Assembly (NCBI GenBank): GCA_013288705.1
Contig: JABDBI010000008.1
Span: 3,036 to 67,035 of the forward strand
DNA length: 64,000 nt
Direction: 5' to 3'
Source of the DNA: Methanobacteriota archaeon
Lineage (GTDB): Bacteria > Myxococcota > UBA727 > JABDBI01
Shown: positions 1 through 10,998 of the stretch, piece by piece
Position numbering within the stretch: the first letter of the stretch is position 1
Layout: each line of letters begins with the position of its first letter
Program-made: the position numbers and the translations under genes
The notes under the pieces: model-generated
What the model was told of the DNA's origin: nothing
The model's input: only the letters and a program-made list of their open reading frames with translations
The model's database searches: none

Positions 1-17
1 AACTAGGCAAAGGCACG

Positions 18-1460
18 CTATTTCGCCGACGAAAATACCACCTGCCCCACGTCTTTCTCGCTTTCCCTGGCCTGGCTTCTTTCAGTCTGTAAAGCCGAAA
101 GTTCAAGCTCGAGATCTTTAAAGCGATACTGCGTACCACCATTTTCATCGACTTCCAGCTCTCCACCCAACTTCACGACCTCTGCTACCAGCTCCTTCTC
201 TTTAGGCTGTACTCCAGCAGCCTGTGTCCAGGCGGTCTTGAGTGTCTCTTCTCGCACTCCTCTGCGGGTCAAGCGATTCAGCACAGCAAAGAGCAACCCA
301 CGTCGACCATTCTCTCTCGCCACACGAGTTTTCTCCCGATCCTTGTTGAGCGCGCGAAAAATAGGCAATGCAAACAGCGCGCTGGAGAAAATAAAGGGCA
401 CCCATCCAAGCAAAATCGCTGGATCACCAGTTCTTACAACGACGCCATAGAATAGTAATAGTTTGAGATTGGCTATCGTCCATCCACCAGAAATAGCAAC
501 AAGACTCATCACCCAGTTAAAACCATTCAGTGCGGCGATCAAAACATTGCTGCCGGCCGGATTTCCGGTAAGCGGCATCACCGTTTCTTTGCGCGCCCAA
601 ATCGGTTCCGGTGCATATTCACGATCGTTTTGAACAGTCTTGCGCAACTCGGGAAACGCATACGTCACGCCACCGCTCTCTGATACGCTTACTTCACCGT
701 CATAGTCGAGCATAAGCCGAGACATCAGCGGGTCCGCCCGATCACGTGGTAGACCAGTCACTTTCATCACGTCCGCAAGGCCCACGCGCCCGCGTTGCAC
801 GCGGATCTCTGCAAGCACACGCCGCTGCATTTCAAGCGGATCCACCGGCGGCTTTTCTGGCCCAAAGAAAAAACGATTGACCCGTTCATAGAATGGAATT
901 TTAGGCTGCATGTTGCGACGATAGTAGGGATCATAGCTCACGTTGTAAGGCGAGAACGGGTGAAAAGTCCAAAACAACGAATCCATAACCGCACGCATCA
1001 ACGCGTAGAACATGAAATTGCCGCCAAATGAGGATCCCCTGTCACGGTCATCCCGATCAGAGCTTTTGGCAAACATCAATGCGATTAATATCGCCGCAAA
1101 AGCCGCGACATAAGCCACCATCACGACAGTGATCCAGGCTCGCACAACAAATTTAGCAACGCCAAGCAGACCCTTCTTCACTTTCTGCCAAAACGCCTGC
1201 AGCGCTTCTATTTTCTCCCATGGTTTGGCAAAACCATAAGGAAAGCAAAACAACAGCTCCCCATTTTCGGTGGCAGATAAATGCCCGCGATATTCGGCAA
1301 TCAAAAAATGCAGACCAATCTCGGCATTGCGCAACGCCAAACCACTTGCCGCAGCGCCGTCAGCGATAGTGAGGTTCTGCCTTGGGTTGGTAATACTTTT
1401 TTCTAAAACAGCAGCCTGCATCTTTGCTTCAGAGCTGCGCGAAAGTGTTCCGTTTGCCAT
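18..1460 (-). CDS. Conserved hypothetical membrane protein (resembles cyanobacterial/plastid At5g03900-type family), with three internal repeats
   Basis: 480-aa ORF with TM segments; repeated motif ..A+..GL...A...L..+Y.G.+.+.E.G.+.Y.FP. Confidence 0.6.
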   Translation of the reverse strand: MANGTLSRSSEAKMQAAVLEKSITNPRQNLTIADGAAASGLALRNAEIGLHFLIAEYRGHLSATENGELLFCFPYGFAKPWEKIEALQAFWQKVKKGLLGVAKFVVRAWITVVMVAYVAAFAAILIALMFAKSSDRDDRDRGSSFGGNFMFYALMRAVMDSLFWTFHPFSPYNVSYDPYYRRNMQPKIPFYERVNRFFFGPEKPPVDPLEMQRRVLAEIRVQRGRVGLADVMKVTGLPRDRADPLMSRLMLDYDGEVSVSESGGVTYAFPELRKTVQNDREYAPEPIWARKETVMPLTGNPAGSNVLIAALNGFNWVMSLVAISGGWTIANLKLLLFYGVVVRTGDPAILLGWVPFIFSSALFALPIFRALNKDREKTRVARENGRRGLLFAVLNRLTRRGVREETLKTAWTQAAGVQPKEKELVAEVVKLGGELEVDENGGTQYRFKDLELELSALQTERSQARESEKDVGQVVFSSAK

Positions 1461-1540
1461 CCGTAGTCTTTAAGCTTTTTCAGGGCACAAAAAAAGTCCT
1501 TTCGCTCGCTAAAATGTTGGTGTATGCAGCCAGTGGCTTT

Positions 1541-1623
1541 GCCGTGATGGCGGAACAGGTAGACGCAGGCGACTTAAAATCGCCCGGGTAACCCCCGTGC
1601 GGGTTCGAGTCCCGCTCTCGGCA
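1541..1623 (+). tRNA. tRNA-Leu(TAA)
   Basis: D-loop GGCGGAACAGGTAGACGC, anticodon arm GGCGA-CTTAAAA-TCGCC, long variable arm, T-loop GGTTCGAGTCC; no encoded CCA. Confidence 0.95.
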
Positions 1624-1628
1624 TATTT

Positions 1629-2135
1629 TTATTTACGCAAAGTCACCTTTCCTTGGTACAGGGGAATTTCGCCCTGTTGCTTTTGTAAAGCTTCGAGAAC
1701 GGACTTCACGTGGCCTTTCACGCGCACTTTCGACCACACTTTAGCAACGTGACCCTTGTCGTCGATCAGAAACGTGCTGCGAATCGTTCCTTTCACTTTT
1801 TTACCATACATCACTTTTTCACCGTGAGCGCCGTAGGCTTCGTGGACGGTTAGGTCTGCATCGCTCAGTAATGGAAAATTGAGATGATGCTTGCTTTTGA
1901 AGCGTGCATGGCTTGCCAATGAGTCTTTGGACACACCAAAGATCACCGCATTCTTGTCCGCAATGCCAGCCAACGCGTCGTTAAATTCACACGCTTCGGT
2001 TGTGCACCCTGGTGTGAGGTCCTTGGGGTAAAAATATAAGATTACATAGCGCCCCCGATAGCTGCGCAATTTGTGCGCATGCCCATCGTCGCCAGGTAAT
2101 TCAAAATTGGGCGCAAGCGCTCCCTCTTTTAACAT
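1629..2135 (-). CDS. bcp: Peroxiredoxin Bcp/PrxQ
   Basis: YFYPKDLTPGCTTEAC motif. Confidence 0.92.
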   Translation of the reverse strand: MLKEGALAPNFELPGDDGHAHKLRSYRGRYVILYFYPKDLTPGCTTEACEFNDALAGIADKNAVIFGVSKDSLASHARFKSKHHLNFPLLSDADLTVHEAYGAHGEKVMYGKKVKGTIRSTFLIDDKGHVAKVWSKVRVKGHVKSVLEALQKQQGEIPLYQGKVTLRK

Positions 2136-2147
2136 GGGTTACTCCTC

Positions 2148-3059
2148 TTAATGGTGTTGGTGATATTGCTCGCGCAGTTTGCTGATCTGAAACCGTCGTT
2201 CCTCTAGTTCCGCATCGACGATCAATTTTAGAGGCGGCACTTGGCTGTGTATTGTGACGCGTGCGTTGATTGGCAGTCGTTGCATGTGATGGGCACCATC
2301 AAAATAGAGATAGCCACCAGTTTCCATTCTACTCAAAATGGCAAGAGATTCGCCCTCGGGCAAAAATCCGACGAGGAGATCTGGGACAGCGTGATTCGAA
2401 AAATAGGGTTCACGCGCCAGATATTGCAAGCGCTTGTCATGTAAAAGCTGCAAGTGGCCGCCCGCAGAGAGCATAGAACCAGTTGATCCGGCCGCCGTCG
2501 AAACCCAAATACCAGAACTTTTATGTTCTGCTTCACGGCCGCAGAAGCTAATTTGATAGCGACTGGTGGCTGCTGGATTTTTGTGGGCGATTAAAATTTC
2601 GTTGAGAGCATATGTTGGCAGCGGATGGCCATTCACCATAACGCCAATACGCGTCACCGGGCTAACTTTGACTTGCTCTTCCAAGACTTGCTGCCACAGC
2701 GATGGAAATGTCTGAGCAGTCGCCGCGCATAACGCGCCTACCGAGCGCGCTGGGTCGGAGTTGACGCCAAGTAACATCCCATCGTGAATGTGATGGCTTG
2801 CATCAAGCATGGTGCCATCACCACCAATGGTGACGACAAGACGATCCTTGACTTTGTGTGCGCTGAGATCAGCACGGTCGCAAATTTCTACACTTTCTTG
2901 GTGCGCTTTCAGCGCATTTTGTACTGCGGTAAAACACGCTTCATGCGCATCATGTGCTTCTTGCAGCTCAATGCTTTTTCTGGGCATCCCGCGTTTTTCT
3001 TGATAATTCTGCAAGCGAGATTTCTTGCGCACCAACAACACTGATTGTTTAAACGCCAT
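2148..3059 (-). CDS. nadK: NAD(+)/NADH kinase
   Basis: GGDGT, NE and SSGIWVSTAAGST motifs. Confidence 0.9.
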   Translation of the reverse strand: MAFKQSVLLVRKKSRLQNYQEKRGMPRKSIELQEAHDAHEACFTAVQNALKAHQESVEICDRADLSAHKVKDRLVVTIGGDGTMLDASHHIHDGMLLGVNSDPARSVGALCAATAQTFPSLWQQVLEEQVKVSPVTRIGVMVNGHPLPTYALNEILIAHKNPAATSRYQISFCGREAEHKSSGIWVSTAAGSTGSMLSAGGHLQLLHDKRLQYLAREPYFSNHAVPDLLVGFLPEGESLAILSRMETGGYLYFDGAHHMQRLPINARVTIHSQVPPLKLIVDAELEERRFQISKLREQYHQHH

Positions 3060-3617
3060 ATGCCAAAGCTTCCTGGTTACTTGCTCGCCATCACTCTATC
3101 CACGTTTTGCCACGTGGCTATGATCTTTTGTCTTGTGCAACAACCAAATCAGAAAAACCACCGGGAGCAGGCAATAATTCGCGCGTACATGCCATCACCG
3201 CTGGCAAGAAAGCAACCAGCAACAGCCTTCAGCCACAAATCCCCTCTCCCGCTACGCGGGAGAGGGACTAAGGGTGAGGGTGGCGTGTCTGCAAAAACCT
3301 CCGGCTCCCTCGCCGAGCGTGCTACCCTCACCCTTAATCCCTCGCGTCACGCGTCTCCGATTGGCAACCCAAAAGCCCCCGCCTACCCCGCGCTCGCGAG
3401 AGACATGCAAATCGAAGGCATCGTCTTACTCAAAGTAGCTGTCAGCAAAAACGGCCAAGTCAAACGCGCCGTCGTCGAAAAAGGCCTCGGCTACGGATGC
3501 GATGAAGCCGCCCTTGCCTACGTGCAAAAAATCCAATTCGCACCCGCGATCAACGACCAAGGTGAGTTCGCCGAAGACACCGTGCCTTACGCATTAAAGT
3601 TTGTCCTCGACGGCTAG
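3060..3617 (+). CDS. TonB family energy transducer
   Basis: N-terminal TM helix with SxxxH; C-terminal YPALARDMQIEGIVLLKVAV..G..CDEAA TonB_C domain. Confidence 0.85.
   Translation: MPKLPGYLLAITLSTFCHVAMIFCLVQQPNQKNHREQAIIRAYMPSPLARKQPATAFSHKSPLPLRGRGTKGEGGVSAKTSGSLAERATLTLNPSRHASPIGNPKAPAYPALARDMQIEGIVLLKVAVSKNGQVKRAVVEKGLGYGCDEAALAYVQKIQFAPAINDQGEFAEDTVPYALKFVLDG
3241..3343. repeat. REP-like palindromic doublet inside the tonB coding sequence
   Basis: Hairpin CCCTCTCCCGC-TAC-GCGGGAGAGGG; GAGGGACTAAGGGTGAGGGTGGC is inverted by GCTACCCTCACCCTTAATCCCTC; sister copy at 18379-18420. Confidence 0.8.
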
Positions 3618-4450
3618 TTCTCTTGTTCGCTAGCAGGAGCAGTGTCAATCTCCGCCGATATCTTCTCCAGCTGCTTCTTCGCATCCTTCACATAGCTAGA
3701 ATCCATGTGACGCTCCACAAGCTGTTGAAACAACGTTCGCGCTTTCTCTTTATCACCAAGATACTGACTCGCGATTTTTGCCGATTCATACAACGCCTCA
3801 ACCGCGCTCTCAGAATCCGGATATTGCTCCACCACACGCCCATAACGCAAACTTGCGCCTCGCCACTGTTTACGTTTGGCATAAAAGCGCGCCACATACA
3901 TATCTTGATCAGCAAGCTTCTTCAGTAATACTGCTTTCATCTCTTTTGCCTGAGCGACACGTGCATCATTGGGAAACTGCTCGATAAAGTGATCGATAGC
4001 TTTGATCGCCTCTTTCGAAGGAGTCTGATCTTTTGAATAACTTGGCGGCTTGATGAAAAAATCGCTCGGCGCGGATTCATAATGACATTTGGCTATTTGA
4101 AACCAAGCATAGGCCACGTCCTCATGACGTGGATGAAAGCGGATGAAAAAGTCATATGCGTCAGCCGCCTCAATCCATTCATCTTTGGCCACATAAGTAT
4201 CTGCGATACGCAAATCACTGAGCGCCGCATACTTTGAATAGGGATACTTGCTGCGCACATGCTCAAAGAATGTAACAGCCTCATCGTATTCTTTTTTCTT
4301 AAGCGCCTTCTCTCCAGCCTCGAAATTCTGCTTAGCTGTTTCAAGATAGGAAACGTTTGCGCCGTTTAAATTGCTGTTGGTGCTGGCACAACCAATGCCA
4401 GAAAGAACAAATAAGCATATCGCCACGAACAAAAATTGTGTTTTCATCAT
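3614..4450 (-). CDS. bamD: Outer membrane protein assembly lipoprotein BamD
   Basis: Lipobox (GIGC), TPR helices, YPYSKYA, DQT, VARFY motifs. Confidence 0.9.
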   Translation of the reverse strand: MMKTQFLFVAICLFVLSGIGCASTNSNLNGANVSYLETAKQNFEAGEKALKKKEYDEAVTFFEHVRSKYPYSKYAALSDLRIADTYVAKDEWIEAADAYDFFIRFHPRHEDVAYAWFQIAKCHYESAPSDFFIKPPSYSKDQTPSKEAIKAIDHFIEQFPNDARVAQAKEMKAVLLKKLADQDMYVARFYAKRKQWRGASLRYGRVVEQYPDSESAVEALYESAKIASQYLGDKEKARTLFQQLVERHMDSSYVKDAKKQLEKISAEIDTAPASEQEN

Positions 4451-5262
4451 CCGATCCCTATATCAATCATTTCTGCTGTTTGCGGCACAACGGGCTTGCC
4501 AAGGTAATACTCAAACAACTGCTCGAAGCGATAAGGAGATTCTGTTACCAAGTAGCGCCGTGTTGGATTGTGGCCCTCCGGCGCGAGCATAGCATTTTGT
4601 GCAAGCTCCTGTCGAACTGCCATAGCGACTTCTTCACCGCTATCAATCCAACCGTAAGTTGGTTTGAGCAAGTTTTGCAGCGTGGCTGCGAGCAAGGGGT
4701 AGTGGGTGCAACCAAGCACCACCATATCAAGCTTGGGTGGTAGAAACTGAAAATAGTGTTCTGCTATCATCTCGGTGATAGGACCCGAGATCATCCCTTC
4801 TTCAACCAAGGGCACAAACATCGGACAGGCTTGCGAATAGATTCGCTCAGAAAATCCTGCTTTCAAAAATGTCAGTTCAAATGCGCGCGATTGCACGGTG
4901 GTGCTTGTCGCCAATACCGCAATATTTTTTGCCGCTGGCTGACGCATAACAGTTTGCACCGCGGGCTCAATGACGCCAATAACAGGAATCGATAAGGCAT
5001 CTTGCAATGCCTCCATCGCAGTGGCGCTCACGGTGTTGCAGGCCACAACCAAAACTTTAAGCTGCGCATAAGATAAAAGTGCACGCGCGTTATTGAGCGC
5101 ATAGCGCACAACTGTTTCAGGGCTTTTGGTGCCATAAGGCACGCGTGCGGTATCGCCCAGGTATACGGTGGACTCGTTTGGCAAATGTTTGTGGATCTTT
5201 GACAAAACGGTCAGACCACCTAAACTTGAATCAAAGACACCGATGGCTCTTGTATCCGGCAT
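4447..5262 (-). CDS. murI: Glutamate racemase
   Basis: GVFDS, GDTARVPYG, ACNT and GCTHYP catalytic motifs. Confidence 0.95.
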   Translation of the reverse strand: MPDTRAIGVFDSSLGGLTVLSKIHKHLPNESTVYLGDTARVPYGTKSPETVVRYALNNARALLSYAQLKVLVVACNTVSATAMEALQDALSIPVIGVIEPAVQTVMRQPAAKNIAVLATSTTVQSRAFELTFLKAGFSERIYSQACPMFVPLVEEGMISGPITEMIAEHYFQFLPPKLDMVVLGCTHYPLLAATLQNLLKPTYGWIDSGEEVAMAVRQELAQNAMLAPEGHNPTRRYLVTESPYRFEQLFEYYLGKPVVPQTAEMIDIGIG

Positions 5263-5382
5263 GTCATATTTCTCCGCAGAAACTCTTTATATACTCATTT
5301 TCGCATTAGTTCTAGTGCTTTGACTAACGCTATGGTAAATACGAGGCCGCATCGATCGACACCCTAAAAGGCGTGTATCCAT

Positions 5383-7047
5383 ATGAAATTACGTTGTTTT
5401 CTCTGCATTTTTCTGACGCTTCTTGTTGGGTTTACTGTCCTTGCCGGCTGCAAACGCCAAAAGCGGGAGCACACTTTGCGTCTTGAGCTAGGGACAAATT
5501 CAGAACCCGATACGTTAAACCCACTGTTCGCGGAAATGGCAGCCAGCGGTGAAGTGTATACGCTCGGCCATCGCAGCCTCACCATGTACAACGATAAATG
5601 GGAATTGGTTCCGGGCCTGGCAAACGAAGTGCCTTCGGTGAAAAATGGCCAAGTGAAGCTCCTGCCAAGCAAAAAGATGGTGGTGACTTGGAATATTCGC
5701 GAGGACGCCGCCTGGGAAGATGGAGTACCGGTCACAGCAGATGACTTTATTTTTACATGGAAGGTTTGCCTTGATCCAGGTCAGGAAATTATTGACCGTG
5801 ACACTTGCGAGCGCGTTGAATCGATGGTTGCAGCGGGCGCCGACAAAAAGACTCTGGTCGTCACATGGAAAAAGCCCTTCGCGTTTTTCAGTACTTACCG
5901 GGTGCATGAACTTTTACCAGCACATATCCTTCAGCCCCGCTATTTGAAGCCGGGCGGAGGTACCAACGATCTCAAAAAAGACCCCTATGGCCAAAAGCCT
6001 CTTTCCTGTGGGCCCTTTCGCTTTAAAGAATGGGTACCGGGCCAGTACATCACCTATGTGCGCAACGAGAAATTTAGCCCACGACCTTTCTTTGAAGAAA
6101 TTACCTTTCGCATTATCCCAAATACCCAGTCGATGGAATCAAATCTCATTGCTGGCAACATTGCTGGCACCACAACGGCTGGTGGGTTCACTGTTGCCCA
6201 AATCGAAGCGATCAAAAAGCGTGAGGGCGATCGCTTTCGCTACTATTCGGTGCCTGGCATGGTCTGGGCCCACATCGATTTTAATATGGACAACCCTTGG
6301 CTCGCAGACGTACGCGTGAGAAAAGCGCTAGCCCACGCCGTCAATCGCCAAAAAATTATCGATTCGATCTATCACGGGAAATACACACTCGCCAATTCGT
6401 TTTTGCCGCCTAAACATTGGGGCTACGACAACAGCATGCCGATGATCCCCTTTGATCTAAAAAAGGCAGCAAGCTTGCTTGATGAGGCAGGCTGGAAGCA
6501 GGCAAATCCTGGCGAAGTGCGGCAAAATAAAAAGGGCGAGAAGCTTGTGCTCAAAATTAGCGCTGTCGCTGGCATCAAAGATATCGAGCAGATGCAGCAG
6601 GTATTTCAGTCGGATTTGCGCAGTATTGGCGTAGGGCTAGAAATTGACAACAAGCCGGCAAAAGTCTTTTTTGGTGATATCGCTAGGCACCGCAAGTTTC
6701 CCCATTTATCGTTCTACTCTTGGGTTAGTGATCCAGGTTCCTGGGCTCAGACCTTGTGGCATAAAAATTATATTCCAACGCCAAAAAACCAGTGGCAAGG
6801 GCAAAATTATCCCGGTTGGAAAAACGATGAAGCCTCAAAGATTCTCGACGAAATTCCAACCATCTTAGATGAAGCCGAGCGCAAGAAATTAATGAAACGC
6901 GTGCAGGAACTTTGGCTAGAAGCATTACCCGCTATTCCGATGTATTTTCGCCCAGAAGTAGCTATAACCAAGCCTGGACTTAAAAATTATAAACCCACAG
7001 GCACCCAAACACCGGTCACCTGGAATGCCTGGGAGTGGAGTTATTAA
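5383..7047 (+). CDS. Peptide ABC transporter substrate-binding lipoprotein (SBP family 5)
   Basis: Lipobox LAGC; WEDGVPVTADD, GPF and DVRVRKAL motifs. Confidence 0.9.
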   Translation: MKLRCFLCIFLTLLVGFTVLAGCKRQKREHTLRLELGTNSEPDTLNPLFAEMAASGEVYTLGHRSLTMYNDKWELVPGLANEVPSVKNGQVKLLPSKKMVVTWNIREDAAWEDGVPVTADDFIFTWKVCLDPGQEIIDRDTCERVESMVAAGADKKTLVVTWKKPFAFFSTYRVHELLPAHILQPRYLKPGGGTNDLKKDPYGQKPLSCGPFRFKEWVPGQYITYVRNEKFSPRPFFEEITFRIIPNTQSMESNLIAGNIAGTTTAGGFTVAQIEAIKKREGDRFRYYSVPGMVWAHIDFNMDNPWLADVRVRKALAHAVNRQKIIDSIYHGKYTLANSFLPPKHWGYDNSMPMIPFDLKKAASLLDEAGWKQANPGEVRQNKKGEKLVLKISAVAGIKDIEQMQQVFQSDLRSIGVGLEIDNKPAKVFFGDIARHRKFPHLSFYSWVSDPGSWAQTLWHKNYIPTPKNQWQGQNYPGWKNDEASKILDEIPTILDEAERKKLMKRVQELWLEALPAIPMYFRPEVAITKPGLKNYKPTGTQTPVTWNAWEWSY

Positions 7048-7050
7048 CCG

Positions 7051-7503
7051 ATGCCACGTACGATCTTACTTGCCGATGACAGCGCTACAGTACGAACTGC
7101 TGTTCAACTGATCTTAGCCAAAAATGAACACTTCACGCTTCTTACTGCAAAGACCGCGGATGAGGCACGCGAGCTGCTTAAAACCGGCAAGCCCGATCTT
7201 CTTGTCGTTGATCACGCTCTGATGAGCGATGATCTGACAAACAGTGGCATACCGATTTTGTCCCCTGCCAAGCCCTTTGATGCCCATAGTTTCATGGGCG
7301 CGCTGCAGGAGGCGCTGCCAACAAAGCAGCAGCAACACAAAGCCGTTGAAGCAGACTTCCAGCTACCCATCTCGCGGGATCGTGTTGAGGAAATTATCCG
7401 GCAGAAGATTGAGGAGATCGCTTGGGAGGTGGTGCCGGAGTTGGCAGAGTCGATTATCCGGGAAGAGATTAAGCGGCTCACACAAAGCCAAGCCAACCCA
7501 TGA
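7051..7503 (+). CDS. romR: RomR-like response regulator (shortened receiver plus RomR C-terminal domain)
   Basis: ILLADDS...PDLLVVD...KPF receiver; C-terminal IEEIAWEVVPELAESIIREEIKRL signature. Confidence 0.75.
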   Translation: MPRTILLADDSATVRTAVQLILAKNEHFTLLTAKTADEARELLKTGKPDLLVVDHALMSDDLTNSGIPILSPAKPFDAHSFMGALQEALPTKQQQHKAVEADFQLPISRDRVEEIIRQKIEEIAWEVVPELAESIIREEIKRLTQSQANP

Positions 7504-7572
7504 TCAGGGCTTGCTGAAATCGTTATTTTTGTTAGGGTAAGCCACGCATTTTTGAATTTGAGGATTGAAGCC

Positions 7573-7785
7573 ATGGCAAAGTGCACACTCACCGGTAAAT
7601 CTTGGATGAACGCCAACCGCGTTTCCCACTCCAACATCAAAACCCATCGTAAAGTTCGCGCGAACATTCAAAGCAAACGCATTTTCGACGTCGAGACTGG
7701 CCGGTTTATTCGCGTCCGACTCTCCACCAGAGCTTTGCGCACGTTGAACAAGAAATCGCTTTCTGCGCTGCTTGCCGGCAAATAA
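7573..7785 (+). CDS. rpmB: 50S ribosomal protein L28
   Basis: MAKCTLTGK...NRVSHSNIKT.R. Confidence 0.95.
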   Translation: MAKCTLTGKSWMNANRVSHSNIKTHRKVRANIQSKRIFDVETGRFIRVRLSTRALRTLNKKSLSALLAGK

Positions 7786-7866
7786 TCGCTTGTCTTTGCC
7801 TCGCCGGTGATTACAAGATTCCCATCTTGAGTTTGGTGAGATTTTCTCTCGCTAGAGGAGTGTTTT

Positions 7867-8154
7867 ATGAAATTTCGTCCTTTGAACGATCGGATCCTGA
7901 TTAAGCGCATTGATGCTGAGAGCACCTCGAAAGGTGGCATCATCATTCCTGACAGCGCCAAAGAAAAGCCCATGCAGGGTTTGGTTGTCGCCACTGGTGA
8001 AGGCAAAGTGCTTGAGAACGGCACGGTGCATCCCTTGGAAGTGAAAGCTGGTCAAAAGGTATTTTTTCGCAAGTATGCTGGCACAGACGTCACTTTGGAT
8101 GGCGCCGAACACATGATTTTGCGTGAAGACGAAATTCTAGCGGTAGTTGAGTAG
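7867..8154 (+). CDS. groES: Co-chaperonin GroES
   Basis: [31 protein letters not shown]. Confidence 0.98.
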   Translation: MKFRPLNDRILIKRIDAESTSKGGIIIPDSAKEKPMQGLVVATGEGKVLENGTVHPLEVKAGQKVFFRKYAGTDVTLDGAEHMILREDEILAVVE

Positions 8155-9804
<1,650 letters not shown>

Positions 9805-9816
9805 GAGGGAATACTG

Positions 9817-9859
9817 AAAATCCCCCTTGGTCCCCCTTTTTTAAAGGGGGATTTTTTTT
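9817..9859 (+). terminator. Intrinsic terminator after groEL
   Basis: TCCCCCTTT-TTT-AAAGGGGGA hairpin followed by a T8 run. Confidence 0.75.
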
Positions 9860-9872
9860 GTATGACTATGCC

Positions 9873-10280
9873 ATGCAGCACTTTATTCTGAAAACGGAAC
9901 CGCACGCCTACTCATTCGAGCAGCTCGAAAAAGATAAAACCACCCGTTGGGATGGCGTGCGCAATTACCAAGCGCGCAACAATCTCCAATCGATGAAAGT
10001 TGGTGATCTATGCATGATTTACCATTCGGTTGGCCCCAAAGAGATTGTCGGTACGGCACTCGTTGTGAAAGAAGCTTATCCCGATCCCACATCTGCGGAT
10101 CCACGTTGGGCGTCGGTCGATATCAAAGTCGGCGAACGCCTAAAAAAGCCCGTCCATCTTGAAGAGCTTAAAAACCACCCATTGCTCAAAGACATGGCGC
10201 TTGTGCGGCAGTCACGCCTCAGCGTGTGCCCGATCAGCAAAAAAGATTGGGATGCTATTTTGGCGCTGGCAAAATCTTAG
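9873..10280 (+). CDS. EVE domain protein
   Basis: LKTEP, WDGVRNYQARN, YHS and RLSV motifs. Confidence 0.92.
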   Translation: MQHFILKTEPHAYSFEQLEKDKTTRWDGVRNYQARNNLQSMKVGDLCMIYHSVGPKEIVGTALVVKEAYPDPTSADPRWASVDIKVGERLKKPVHLEELKNHPLLKDMALVRQSRLSVCPISKKDWDAILALAKS

Positions 10281-10998
10281 AGGCAAGGCTGCGAATAATC
10301 CCCGCAGAAATGTAGCCGCCAAGAAGCAGCAAAAGCCCTGCGCTGAGATGGAAGTAAAAGCCAAAAAGCCATAGAAACACCACGACTGCCAATGCAAATG
10401 TTGCCGTCTTCACATCCCAGTGAGTTTCTTTGAACGACCAGTAGGGCACCGTGCTGACCATCAGCCCGCCCAAAACAATCACAATGCCAAGAACAAACAC
10501 ATGGCGCTCGATTGGAAGACCATGGAACATTCGGAAATGCGCGATTACCAAAATCACTAACGTCGCCGCTGCAAGTGGAATCGGCAAACCAACGAAGTGG
10601 TTTTCTGAACCTTCATCGCGATGGGCCAATACATTAAAACGTGCCAGCCGAATTGCACCGCACGCGGCATAGGCAAAAACAGCGAACATCCCAATGGGCC
10701 CAAGAGGCCATAATGCCCATTTATAAACAATGACCGCAGGCGCGACACCAAAACTCACCACGTCGGCGAGTGAATCAAGCTCCATGCCAAAGTCGCTTTC
10801 TGTCTTCGTCATGCGCGCAACGCGGCCATCGAACATATCAAAAAAACCGGCGAAGCAAACTGCTAGGGCAGAGTGATAAAGTGCGTCTTGCGAATTTTCC
10901 GACGCTGCATGCAAAATTGCATAAATGCCGCAAAAAATACTCGAGACCGTGAACGCGTTCGGCAAAATAAACAGCGCATTTTTGAGCCGAAATTCCAT
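10255..10998 (-). CDS. pssA: CDP-diacylglycerol--serine O-phosphatidyltransferase
   Basis: LPNAFT; DGRVAR...G.ELDSLADVVSFG CDP-alcohol motif; RLARFN; ATG overlaps the upstream stop. Confidence 0.92.
   Translation of the reverse strand: MEFRLKNALFILPNAFTVSSIFCGIYAILHAASENSQDALYHSALAVCFAGFFDMFDGRVARMTKTESDFGMELDSLADVVSFGVAPAVIVYKWALWPLGPIGMFAVFAYAACGAIRLARFNVLAHRDEGSENHFVGLPIPLAAATLVILVIAHFRMFHGLPIERHVFVLGIVIVLGGLMVSTVPYWSFKETHWDVKTATFALAVVVFLWLFGFYFHLSAGLLLLLGGYISAGIIRSLASKILPAPK

Noticed and set aside
7840..7866. Possible CIRCE operator before groES
   Set aside because: Only CTC-N9-GAGTG matches; the left arm lacks TTAGCA and the right arm overlaps the RBS.
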